Source: an uncultured delta proteobacterium | GTDB lineage: Bacteria; Desulfobacterota; Syntrophia; Syntrophales; UBA2185 | Assembly (NCBI GenBank): GCA_963729715.1 | Contig: CAVSPA010000005.1 | Coordinates: 672,001 to 736,000, forward strand | Reading direction: 5' to 3' | DNA: 64,000 nt | Translations under genes and position numbers: made by a program | The notes under the pieces: model-generated | Seen by the model: only the letters and a program-made list of their open reading frames with translations | The model's database searches: none | What the model was told of the DNA's origin: nothing | In this document: one piece after another, positions 29,102 to 38,486 of the stretch | Layout of the letters: each line of letters opens with the position of its first letter | Position numbering within the stretch: position 1 is the stretch's first letter

Positions 29102-32100
29102 ATGCAGGGTAAATCAGAAACAGAAGAAGGCCGTTTGCGGATCAAATGTATAGAAGAACTGGTTCGCCGAAGGGGGCTGGACGAAGGGGAAGCGCTGGTA
29201 ATCGACGAACGCCTGCTCGCACTGATGCAGATTATCTCCACGGGACTGGGAGATGATATTCATCTGAAAATTGCCCCCGGCAGCAACTGGAGATATAACA
29301 GTGAAACAAACGAAATGGTATTTCCCGTAGGATTGCTGTTGTCCTCTTCGGCAGAAGAGGTCATCGCCTTTTGCGCCCATGAGGCGGGACACAGGCAAAT
29401 ATCCCGCAGGAGCGTGAGAAAGGCGGTGTTCAAGACATTTTCCGCGACTGAATCCACCAGGCTTCTCTTGACTGCCTTTGAAGACAGCCGTGTAGATAAC
29501 TGGCTGACAAGCGTCTTTGCGGGAATAAAACACTACCTGGATATTGCCTATGACGAGATGCTCCCCCGTGATTTGTCGAGATCGTCGTACGTGGATTATC
29601 TGAAGGGTGAAATCTCCAAGAGGGCGAGTACCTGCTGCCATCCGTATCTCCTTTACCCACATCTCGAATACCTTCTCGGAATGCGCTATTACTGGCTGTA
29701 TGGCCGCCTTCCTACGCAGTTGATGAATCCGGAAGTAGGCGCTGCCCTTGCCCGGACACACGGGGATTTTGCGGAGATCTTCAATCACTATCCTCCCGGG
29801 CGGGTCTCGGAGAATGAGAATCTGAGATTTGCGGAAGAAACGGCCTTGATGGTGAGGGACAAAATCCTTCCGGAGTATGAAAACCTTGTCCTGCTCGCGA
29901 TTACAAAGCTCGCAGAGGCCATAAAGGACGGCCAGCTCCAGGTCAAGGACAAGAAATGCGCCCCGGAGGATTTGAGCCCGGATGAGATCGAGGAAGCGGC
30001 GAGAAAATTATTAGAGCTAAAAGCGAGGGAGCTGGCGGACAAGTTATCTCCCAAGACGGAAAAGCGCACCGGGAAAACAGAGGAATACAGAAAGGAAACC
30101 CCTGAAGAAACAGCTCCGCGCAGAGCGGGCGGAAAATCCGCCGGGGAAAGAACGGCGCCGTTGCCCACAGAGACTCTCCGCGACCTCATCAAGAAGCAGC
30201 GAAGGATAGACCGCGACGAGAACACAAAGATAGGTGAGTACGAAAAAGTCTTCAGGCTGATCTCGAATCTGGTCCAGGCCTTAAGCGGGGTTTTGGAAAA
30301 TCACTTCGCGAAAAATAAGAGGCCTTCCTTCAAAGGCTATTTCCCTTCCGGCCAGAAGCCTGATCTGCGGAGGGCCATGGAGCTTTCCCGGAAATTGAGC
30401 GAGGGTATTCCCGTGCAGGATAGGGATCTCAAGGTCTTCTTGAAGAGGAGGCTTCCAACACAGAGGGACCACAAAATCATCCTCGCGCTCGATGAATCGG
30501 GTTCCATGGACGAACCCAAGAGGACATCCGCCCTCGCAGGTCTTCTCATCTTTATGGAGGCCCTCGATCATATCGGCATCGACTACGGGGTGATAGGATT
30601 TTCCGATAGCCCCATTATGCACAAGGAGTTGGGCGTGAAACTGGATAACGCAGGCCGGAGGGTATTGTTCGACGAGGTCTCCCTGTGCATACCCGGAGGC
30701 TCCACCGCAGATGCAGATGCGCTCCAGTTGGCGACGAATATATTAAAGGATCAACCCGAAGATTCATCAAGGTGGATCATCATGGTGACGGATGGAGAAG
30801 GAAACGTGAATACAACCGGTAAGACGTTTGTCGAGCTTCAGAAGGAGGCTCTCGATCAAAAGATAGAGGTGCTCGGTGTGGGTCTGGGAGAGGAGGTAAC
30901 GGAGGTCATAAGGAGGTACGCAAGCGGCATGCAGATTAATGCGGTGGAAGAACTCCCGTCCGTCCTCTCGGGCATACTGGAGGAAAAACTTGTTACGCAG
31001 GATGCATACTGGGACAGTTTTCTCACGCCCCGCCATGAGGCCCATATAGAGAGGGAAGATCCCGATGTGTCCCTGCCCCCGGATTTGTCGGTGCTCCTCG
31101 CGTCTCTCTATCTTTATCTGAAGGAAAACATTCCCGCTTTCAATGTTAGGCATCTGAAGAGGGCATCGGAGCTCCTAGGATTTTTGCTGAACCGGGGTTA
31201 TCCGGGAAAAGAAGCGTTCGGAAGGAGCCTGAAATACGCCTTTGTTGATACACAGGAACAGTCCCAGCGGGTAAAAGAGCTCATCCTCGAAAGGATTGAA
31301 GACATGCGGAAGGTATTTCCGGACATCACCCGGGAAGACTTGCCGCAGGAATTTCACCAAGCGTCTTCACGGGCGGACGTTCCCGTGTCTGCGATCCCGC
31401 ATGACCTGGCTTCTGTCCTGGATATTTTAATGAAGAACAGCGCTCATCCTCGGATCGAAAAGGCCCTTTCATTGTTGAAGGCGCTCATCAGTTCCTCTGA
31501 CACGGCATTCGTGAGCATCCCCGGAATGGAAGCGGCGTTCCGGGTTATTGACGACGAACTTCTAAAGGAAATAGCCATAGAGGAGATCGAAAAAAAATTA
31601 GAGGATAAGAGCTGGGCTGTCCGCCAGCCCGCAGCCTTAGCCCTGGGCCGGGTTTATCTCGCGCTCGTCAAGCAAGGAAAAGATGTCGACTTGAGTCTGC
31701 TTGAGGAAATGCTGAAGGATGAAGATCCGTCCGTCTGCCGCGCCGCCGCACAGGCCCTCAGTCGGATCTGGTATCACTATCATGGGAAGGGAAAAATAAC
31801 GCTGGGGGCATTGGAGCGCCGACTGGGAGATGAAAACTGGGCCGTCCGCCAGGCTGCGGCAAGGGCTCTCGGAAGGATATATCCTCTACTTATGGAACAA
31901 GGACTGAATGTGGACATCAGCAAATTGGAAGGAGGGTTGTGGAATAAAAACTGGTTTGTCCGCCAGGCCGAGGCCGAGGCCTTGGGGGAGACCTACGGCG
32001 CTCTCATCAGGAAGGGAATAGAGATCAACCTCGAGGGTCTGGAAGAAAGATTGAAAGATAAAAATATACTGACCCGTCAAACCGCCGCCCTGGCCCTAGG

Positions 32101-34516
32101 ACAGGTCTATCCGCCCCTCATGAAGCGAGGGCGAGATGTTAATTTGGGAAAATTGGAAGAAAGGCTCGACAATGATGACTGGTCGGTCCGCCAGGCCGCG
32201 GCCGTGGCCTTAGGCCGGATATGGTTCCACGACTATTACCATGGCAAGATGGCTTTGACAGATTTGGAAAAGAGACTCGAAGACCCAAGCTGGCCTGTCC
32301 GCCAGGCTGCATGCCAGACCCTGGGGCAGATATACCCGACGCTTGTCGGACGGGGAAAGAATGTAAACTTAGGGAAATTGGAAGACAGGTTAAGAGACGC
32401 AGACGTGGATAGATCCGTCTGCCAAGCTGCAGCGCAGGCCCTGGGCCGGATCTGGCCTCGCAGCTATCATCGAAAGAAGATTACCTTAAAAGAGTTGGAG
32501 GAAAGGCTGAAGGATGAAAACTGGTTTGTACACCAGGCTGCCGCACTCGCCCTAGTCCGTATACAACATGTCCTTGTCAAACGGGGGAATGACGCCGAAT
32601 TAGACAAACTGGATAAGAGATTGAAGGATAAGATCTGGTCGGTCCGCCAGGCGGCGGCACGGGCGTCAATAGAAATCTTTGCGGATATAATCTCGGGCAA
32701 GAAGAAGGAGTTTGGGAAGGCGCTTGCTTCCTTCAATGAGATGCTGAGTAAACCTATGGGAAGTGCCATAGCAGGCACACATGCGGGCCAGGTGCAGATC
32801 GGTGAAAAATCTTTAACAGTGGGAGATCTGCTCTTAGACAGGGCGGAACTGAGAGACGATATACCCGCCTGCGTAATGACGGAATCCGGCTATCACATGT
32901 TAGAGACGTTGTGCATGGGCTACCTCTTGAGACACTCCGTCCTGCTCCTGGGCCCTACGTCAACAGGGAAGAGCTTCTTGATCAAATGGTTCGCGAGTGT
33001 GTTGGGCTATGAGCACCTCTCATATTCCATCAACCCCTACACCTCCAAGTTTGAGATAATCGGCGGCATTAAACCAGACAAGGAAGGCAGATTTGTCTGG
33101 CAGGACGGCATTCTTCTGAATGCGGCGCGAGACGGCCTGTGGCTCACTCTCGAAGAGATAAACCTCGCGTCTTCCGAAGTGGTCGAGATAATGAACGACT
33201 ATCTCATTACGGGACGGGTATCCTACTCGGCAAACGGGGAGCAGAAAGAATTGTATCCCCATCCCACTTTCAGACTCTTTGCCACAGGGAACCCGGAAAG
33301 TTACAGCCAGAGGCAGAAACTCTCCGAGGTATTTCTTTCCAGGTTCAAAATACTCTATCAAAAAGAACTTTCGGAAGAGGAACTGACCCAGGTATTAAGT
33401 TCTTTATTCGAGATTACTTCCGCTGCGGCCCTTCCCATTGCGAGATTTCACACTACCCTGCAGAACCAGGCGGACAGCCGCATCATCGGCAAGACGGAAA
33501 AAGACCCGTATATATTTACCCTCAGGGACATAATAAGACTGGGGAGGAGGTTGGAGCCAGTCTTGGCGAACAGATCAGCCGACAAGGAATATTTCAAAAA
33601 GTTTTTCCTCGAGTTGTTCAGCGTTTATATAGGCAGATTGAGGGACAGCTCCGAAAGAGAGGCAGTGGTCAGTCTATTGGATGCATATTTTGGTTTCCGG
33701 GCCGAGGGCTTGGACCTGAAAGAAGTGCTCATATCCGCTTCTCTGGACATGGATTCCCTACTTGCAGACTTGACATCCTCAAAGGGAGATGAACTGATTC
33801 CCCGACATGACGCAGCGATTGTACCCACACCGACCCAGAGGATAACTCTCTATCTAATCCTCACGGCCCTGATAAATAACGAACCTCTTCTTGTGGCAGG
33901 AAATCCTGCCTCAGGAAAGACCACCCTCATCAGATATCTGGCCGGTCAAAAAGAGACGAACCTCTACTATGTAAACCTCTCCTCAGATACGGGCCTGGAA
34001 GAGCTTCTGGGCGGTTATATTCAAGACAAAAAGGGGAAATGGCATTACAGGAAGGGCCTACTGTTCATGGCCATGGAAAAAGGAAGCTGGCTCCTCATAG
34101 ACGAAGCGAATCTGTCCCCCCTGTCCGAGTATTTAAACACACTCCTTGACTTTGGCTACGTCATTGATGGAGAGGAAAATGTCTGTTACGCCCATCCTAA
34201 TTTCAGGATATTTCTCTCGATGAATCCTCCTTCCGTGCATCAATCGCGTAACCTGCTCTCACCTGCGTTGAGATCAAGATTTACAGAGGTGTGGGTTGAG
34301 GAGTTGACCAATTTAGGAGAACTCGCTGGTTTAGTAGATACCTGGAGCAAGGCTCACGAGGAGGCGCAAACATCTCACAAAAAAAGTAGGGGGAAAAAGA
34401 GGAAAGATGCGCGTGATGAAAAAATCTCCGATGATAAAAAACCGGCAAAAACCGATGCCAAGAAGGAGGATGAGGGATTTGCATCCGACAAGCGATTTAC
34501 CCATTATTCGACGTGA
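29102..34516 (+). CDS. giant HExxH-vWA-HEAT-tandem AAA+ (midasin/MoxR-like) protein
   Basis: HEAGH...FEDSRVD; MIDAS DESGS..T..TDG; 10 HEAT repeats; Walker A GPTSTGKS and GNPASGKT; HPxFRxFxxxNP; LSPALRSRF. Start ATG 29102 or TTG 29084. Confidence 0.85.
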   Translation: MQGKSETEEGRLRIKCIEELVRRRGLDEGEALVIDERLLALMQIISTGLGDDIHLKIAPGSNWRYNSETNEMVFPVGLLLSSSAEEVIAFCAHEAGHRQISRRSVRKAVFKTFSATESTRLLLTAFEDSRVDNWLTSVFAGIKHYLDIAYDEMLPRDLSRSSYVDYLKGEISKRASTCCHPYLLYPHLEYLLGMRYYWLYGRLPTQLMNPEVGAALARTHGDFAEIFNHYPPGRVSENENLRFAEETALMVRDKILPEYENLVLLAITKLAEAIKDGQLQVKDKKCAPEDLSPDEIEEAARKLLELKARELADKLSPKTEKRTGKTEEYRKETPEETAPRRAGGKSAGERTAPLPTETLRDLIKKQRRIDRDENTKIGEYEKVFRLISNLVQALSGVLENHFAKNKRPSFKGYFPSGQKPDLRRAMELSRKLSEGIPVQDRDLKVFLKRRLPTQRDHKIILALDESGSMDEPKRTSALAGLLIFMEALDHIGIDYGVIGFSDSPIMHKELGVKLDNAGRRVLFDEVSLCIPGGSTADADALQLATNILKDQPEDSSRWIIMVTDGEGNVNTTGKTFVELQKEALDQKIEVLGVGLGEEVTEVIRRYASGMQINAVEELPSVLSGILEEKLVTQDAYWDSFLTPRHEAHIEREDPDVSLPPDLSVLLASLYLYLKENIPAFNVRHLKRASELLGFLLNRGYPGKEAFGRSLKYAFVDTQEQSQRVKELILERIEDMRKVFPDITREDLPQEFHQASSRADVPVSAIPHDLASVLDILMKNSAHPRIEKALSLLKALISSSDTAFVSIPGMEAAFRVIDDELLKEIAIEEIEKKLEDKSWAVRQPAALALGRVYLALVKQGKDVDLSLLEEMLKDEDPSVCRAAAQALSRIWYHYHGKGKITLGALERRLGDENWAVRQAAARALGRIYPLLMEQGLNVDISKLEGGLWNKNWFVRQAEAEALGETYGALIRKGIEINLEGLEERLKDKNILTRQTAALALGQVYPPLMKRGRDVNLGKLEERLDNDDWSVRQAAAVALGRIWFHDYYHGKMALTDLEKRLEDPSWPVRQAACQTLGQIYPTLVGRGKNVNLGKLEDRLRDADVDRSVCQAAAQALGRIWPRSYHRKKITLKELEERLKDENWFVHQAAALALVRIQHVLVKRGNDAELDKLDKRLKDKIWSVRQAAARASIEIFADIISGKKKEFGKALASFNEMLSKPMGSAIAGTHAGQVQIGEKSLTVGDLLLDRAELRDDIPACVMTESGYHMLETLCMGYLLRHSVLLLGPTSTGKSFLIKWFASVLGYEHLSYSINPYTSKFEIIGGIKPDKEGRFVWQDGILLNAARDGLWLTLEEINLASSEVVEIMNDYLITGRVSYSANGEQKELYPHPTFRLFATGNPESYSQRQKLSEVFLSRFKILYQKELSEEELTQVLSSLFEITSAAALPIARFHTTLQNQADSRIIGKTEKDPYIFTLRDIIRLGRRLEPVLANRSADKEYFKKFFLELFSVYIGRLRDSSEREAVVSLLDAYFGFRAEGLDLKEVLISASLDMDSLLADLTSSKGDELIPRHDAAIVPTPTQRITLYLILTALINNEPLLVAGNPASGKTTLIRYLAGQKETNLYYVNLSSDTGLEELLGGYIQDKKGKWHYRKGLLFMAMEKGSWLLIDEANLSPLSEYLNTLLDFGYVIDGEENVCYAHPNFRIFLSMNPPSVHQSRNLLSPALRSRFTEVWVEELTNLGELAGLVDTWSKAHEEAQTSHKKSRGKKRKDARDEKISDDKKPAKTDAKKEDEGFASDKRFTHYST
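31586..32680 (+). repeat. ten ~38-aa HEAT-like coding repeats
   Basis: Consensus LExRLxDxxWxVRQAAAxALGRIY/W repeated ten times. Confidence 0.88.
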
Positions 34517-35280
34517 GTGCCATGCTCCCCACAGGTGAAATAACCCGCCGCCTCTTTGATAGTGTGTCTTGTAGAGGGAATAACACCGTGATCGAAGAAG
34601 TCCGCATCGGCCTCGGCTATGTGGGGGTACGGTTGGACGATCGGCGCATGGGGCTGGCGGCCGTTCCACTCCACGAGCTGCCAGCAGGCTGTTCCGTATG
34701 TCCCGATGCCGGAAGAGTGGCCGGTTCAAAGGCGCTCTCTCTTCTCGGCAGCCTCATAGAAGGACAGAATCCGCTCTCGAGAGCCTTGGGTCTTGCTGCT
34801 GCGAATGCCGTTCTTCATACAGAATTCGGTGAAGATGAAAGAAATTCCCTCTCGATCATGAAATTAACGCCTGAAGATCATGTAGCCATGGTCGGTCTCT
34901 TCACGCCCATGGTTCCGAAGATCGAAAGAACGGGGGCAAAACTCACCGTCATCGAAAGGAACCCCGCCCGCCTGGCCGTTCTCGATAAGAAAGATAGTGA
35001 CAGGATATTGAAGGAATGTACTGTCGCGATTATTACGGCAACCGCACTTCTTAACGACACTCTCGAAGAAATTCTGAATGGCCTGGGTGATCCAAGGCAC
35101 GTAGCCATCCTCGGTCCCTCGACGCCCCTTCTGCCAGAAATTTTTCAGGGAACGCCTGTCCATCACCTGGGTGGGGCGATAGTCCGGGACACCGGGAAAT
35201 GCATGCAGATCATCTCCGAAGGCGGAGGCACACCGGCGATGCGCCCCTACCTTAGGTCCATAAACCTGCTCGTTAAGTAA
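34513..35280 (+). CDS. DUF364 / Rossmann-like putative metal-chelation protein
   Basis: VRIGLGY, ALGLAAANA, VAMVGLF, IITATALLNDT, ILGPSTPL; overlaps upstream stop (GTGA). Confidence 0.8.
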   Translation: MSAMLPTGEITRRLFDSVSCRGNNTVIEEVRIGLGYVGVRLDDRRMGLAAVPLHELPAGCSVCPDAGRVAGSKALSLLGSLIEGQNPLSRALGLAAANAVLHTEFGEDERNSLSIMKLTPEDHVAMVGLFTPMVPKIERTGAKLTVIERNPARLAVLDKKDSDRILKECTVAIITATALLNDTLEEILNGLGDPRHVAILGPSTPLLPEIFQGTPVHHLGGAIVRDTGKCMQIISEGGGTPAMRPYLRSINLLVK

Positions 35281-35381
35281 TGATGCAGTCATCCGGATAG
35301 ATATCTTTCCATTTGAAATAAAGGAGCATGAGGGTTAAATAGGAGCTGTTGGAGACATGGTTATGGACAGAGGATTGGACT

Positions 35382-35816
35382 ATGCCTGATTTCTCGACTT
35401 ACTTACGGCGGTTTCAAGCGGGCGAAAAGAATCTGAACCCTTATCTCGATTATTTTGAAATGACTCTCGTAGAAGTGCGTGAAGGATATGCGCGTTTCCG
35501 GATGCCTTTCCGCCCGGAATACCTGCAGGTGGGCGGCTTCCTGCAGGGGGGGCTTATCGTGGCCCTTGCAGATGAAGCCATTGCCCACGCCGCCATGACG
35601 GTCCTCCCGCCTGCTTCCGGAATTACGACCGTGGAATTGAAATGTAATTTCCTTGCCCCGGTAACAAAAGGTGAACTGATTGCAGAGGCAAGCATTTTCA
35701 AAAAAGGGCGTACACTGATTATCGGTGATTGTCTGGTGAAGGACGAAAATGGCAAGGACGTACTTCGCTGCACTGCGACGTTCTTGATGTTTCCTGATAA
35801 GAAGGACTTCGAATGA
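35382..35816 (+). CDS. PaaI family thioesterase
   Basis: GFLQGGLIVALADEA, TVELKCNFLAP. Confidence 0.85.
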   Translation: MPDFSTYLRRFQAGEKNLNPYLDYFEMTLVEVREGYARFRMPFRPEYLQVGGFLQGGLIVALADEAIAHAAMTVLPPASGITTVELKCNFLAPVTKGELIAEASIFKKGRTLIIGDCLVKDENGKDVLRCTATFLMFPDKKDFE

Positions 35817-36319
35817 CGAGCGATCCTGAGATCCATCCCTGTGAGGAAAGAGATATTGAAACTATCTGTGAAATTATTAACGCCGCGGCAGAGGCTTACA
35901 GAGGCGTCATTCCGGCGGATAGATGGAAGGAACCGTATATGTCGGAAGATGAACTCCGGCACGAGATCGACGAAGGAGTAAAATTCTGGTGTTATACAGA
36001 GAACGGAGAACTTCTCGGAGTCATGGGTATGCAGGACGTCATGGATGTAACATTGATGAGACATGCATACGTACGCACGGTCAGACGACGCCAGGGTATC
36101 GGCGGTAGGCTGTTGTCTCTACTCCGGAAGAAAACGTCCCGTCCGATCCTGATTGGTACCTGGGCGGCGGCAGCTTGGGCGGTTCGTTTCTATGAGGCGC
36201 ATGGCTTTTATATGGTCTCTCCGGAAGAAAAGGATCGTCTGCTGAAACGATACTGGTCAATACCGGAACGTCAGGTCGAAACATCAGTCGTTCTTGCGGA
36301 ACGCGGTCGTTCGCTATGA
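35813..36319 (+). CDS. GNAT family acetyltransferase
   Basis: RHAYV, RRQGIGGRLL, AVRFYEAHGF. Confidence 0.88.
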   Translation: MTSDPEIHPCEERDIETICEIINAAAEAYRGVIPADRWKEPYMSEDELRHEIDEGVKFWCYTENGELLGVMGMQDVMDVTLMRHAYVRTVRRRQGIGGRLLSLLRKKTSRPILIGTWAAAAWAVRFYEAHGFYMVSPEEKDRLLKRYWSIPERQVETSVVLAERGRSL

Positions 36320-36332
36320 GGGAGAAAAACAC

Positions 36333-36836
36333 TTGATACCTATCGTGTCCATAGTCGGTCGATCGAATACCGGGAAGACCACATTGATTGAAAAACTTAT
36401 ACCGGAGCTGAGGCGAAGGGGCTATCAGGTGGCTACGATCAAACACAACGTCCATGGCTTCGACATAGACCACGAGGGCAAAGACAGCTGGCGCCATAAA
36501 AAGGCGGGTGCACACCTTACGGTCATCGCATCACCACATAGCGTCGCTGTCATTGAGGATGTGGACAGGGACTTTGAATTGGCAGAACTGAGGGATCGCT
36601 ACATACGGGACGTCGACGTCATCCTTTCCGAAGGCTTTAAACGAAATCCGCATCCAAAAATTGAAGTGGTCCGATCGGAAATGAAGCACGAGCCCCTCTG
36701 CTCGCGAGAAGATAATCTTATGGCCATTGTGAGTGACAAGCCCGTACACAGAGGAACGCCCTGTCTAAATATCGATGACATCCGGGGTATCGCCGATCTC
36801 ATAGAAGATAAATTTCTGAAAGGGAAGACAGCGTAG
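36333..36836 (+). CDS. mobB: molybdopterin-guanine dinucleotide biosynthesis protein B
   Basis: GRSNTGKTT, VATIKH, GKDSWRH, EGFK; probable TTG start at 36333. Confidence 0.92.
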   Translation: MIPIVSIVGRSNTGKTTLIEKLIPELRRRGYQVATIKHNVHGFDIDHEGKDSWRHKKAGAHLTVIASPHSVAVIEDVDRDFELAELRDRYIRDVDVILSEGFKRNPHPKIEVVRSEMKHEPLCSREDNLMAIVSDKPVHRGTPCLNIDDIRGIADLIEDKFLKGKTA

Positions 36837-36839
36837 GGC

Positions 36840-37496
36840 TCACGCGGTTGCGGCAAAGGCATAGGCTGCAAAGAGACCGTCATGACTGAGACTGAGATCA
36901 ATTGCCGCGGGCTCGCCACTTATACATAAGAATGGCGGTCCCAGACCATAGGGACTCTTCACCCGCCTGATTTCGATATTTTCCGGGGATTCATCATAAT
37001 GTGTTGAGAGGTGCAGCTTGAGGACTTTACGCACAAAGGCTGATTCGTAATCGGGCGAAGCCTGTGAACCAGGGCTGATGCGGGCAACGTGCCAGACGAG
37101 TGCATCAATCTCATCGGATGCTGACGTAGTTCCGATGCAATGGACATAGTCGGAAGTTATCAAAACCTTGATCTCTATCCTGCCATACGGCGTATCAACG
37201 AATCCTGTAAGGGTATCACTTCCAGAAGAAAGTCGGACTGATTCTTCCGCACAATTTAGACTCACTTCATATAAGCGGGGGACGGAAGTGGCGGAAGGGT
37301 CAAGCTTCTTGACAAGCTTGTACGCCGTTTCCTTGCCTGCCCAGAGCGCCCACAAGACGGCGTCCTGGCTCTCTGCGCGGGATATCAATTCTTTTTCACG
37401 GGGTGTGAAGACGCGGTTAATGAATCGCGTATCCCGACTCTTCCCCATATTGTGTGGATCGGTCAGATCCACAATATCGTTGCCGATGCGAATCAA
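36840..37496 (-). CDS. 4'-phosphopantetheinyl transferase
   Basis: IGNDIVD, RVFTPRE, WAGKETAYK, SLSHDG; probable TTG start 37496 overlapping the end of the acyltransferase. Confidence 0.85.
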   Translation of the reverse strand: MIRIGNDIVDLTDPHNMGKSRDTRFINRVFTPREKELISRAESQDAVLWALWAGKETAYKLVKKLDPSATSVPRLYEVSLNCAEESVRLSSGSDTLTGFVDTPYGRIEIKVLITSDYVHCIGTTSASDEIDALVWHVARISPGSQASPDYESAFVRKVLKLHLSTHYDESPENIEIRRVKSPYGLGPPFLCISGEPAAIDLSLSHDGLFAAYAFAATA

Positions 37497-38226
37497 AATA
37501 ACCTTTCTCCATTTGTGCCATATGTTTGATGATCTGCTCTGCATAGCGGCGCTGAGCCCTGAGTCCGTTTTCTTGTATCGGTTCGGGCTCAAAGACTTCT
37601 ACGTTCACCGCAAAACGCTCGCGAAATCTGGGAATGAAGCCGTAAGAATGCTGGCTGTCACCTCGCAGATAGATACACATTACCTTGCAGGTTTCAAAAT
37701 CCTTGATGAACCGGCCCACACCGTAGGAAAAACTCTCGGTATTAACGCGGCCTGTCCGGGAGCGCCCTCCTTCCGGAAAAATCAGCAATGGCTGTTTCCA
37801 TTCGAGAAGGGATGTGCATTTATCAAGGGTGTTTTTCATCTCTTCACGATTGCCGCCCCTGTTGATGGGGACGCACTTGGCGAGGTAACAAAGAACTGCC
37901 ATGATGATATTCCGCTGGAAATTGTTTCTCTCCGGCAAATTCCACGGCAGCTCACGGTAATGCAGTAAGTTACGCGTGAAGGAAAATGCCGCATATGTAA
38001 TGATTAGGGAATCGATCATCGTGAGATGATTCGCGCAGATGATCCACGGCCCTTCGTAGTTCCTGAAATGACGTGCGCATTCCTCTCTGATCTTCAGTAT
38101 ATTCCTTACCCTGTAGCCCATGAGCCAGATGACTGAAAAATAAAGAGGGGCGATAACAAAAATGGCAATCCGACCAAGCGTGTATTGAATCAGCAGAGGG
38201 CCTTGGAGCATCAACTTCTTCTTCAT
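37417..38226 (-). CDS. PlsC-family lysophospholipid acyltransferase
   Basis: NHLTMID (HX4D), PINR, FPEGGRS. Confidence 0.88.
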   Translation of the reverse strand: MKKKLMLQGPLLIQYTLGRIAIFVIAPLYFSVIWLMGYRVRNILKIREECARHFRNYEGPWIICANHLTMIDSLIITYAAFSFTRNLLHYRELPWNLPERNNFQRNIIMAVLCYLAKCVPINRGGNREEMKNTLDKCTSLLEWKQPLLIFPEGGRSRTGRVNTESFSYGVGRFIKDFETCKVMCIYLRGDSQHSYGFIPRFRERFAVNVEVFEPEPIQENGLRAQRRYAEQIIKHMAQMEKGYFDSHRQRYCGSDRSTQYGEESGYAIH

Positions 38227-38234
38227 GACTGACC

Positions 38235-38483
38235 TTATCCTAATTTGCTCTTGATGATAGCTACGGCATCTCCGACTGTTCCGATCTTGTCGGCCTCGTC
38301 ATCTTCGACGGTGATGCCGAATGTGTCTTCACACTTTATAATGACATCTACCAGCCTGGCGGAATTGACCTTCAGGTCGTTTAGAATGTGGGTATCCTTT
38401 GTCGCCTTATCCAGCAAGCTCGGGTCCTTTGTATATCCCCTGAGGATATCGATCATTTTGTTAAAGATTGTCTGTTCGTCCAT
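38235..38483 (-). CDS. acyl carrier protein
   Basis: 82 aa acidic protein; DLKVNSARLVD (Ppant Ser in NS context), EDTFGI, TVGDAV. Confidence 0.9.
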   Translation of the reverse strand: MDEQTIFNKMIDILRGYTKDPSLLDKATKDTHILNDLKVNSARLVDVIIKCEDTFGITVEDDEADKIGTVGDAVAIIKSKLG

Positions 38484-38486
38484 TTC

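Noticed and set aside
31586..32680. Periodic DNA similarity resembling a CRISPR or tandem array
   Set aside because: In-frame, degenerate HEAT-coding repeats; no cas genes
37168..37968. Long antisense ORFs (also 25514-26266, 45742-46716, 50429-51187)
   Set aside because: Opposite well-supported genes, with no recognisable motifs
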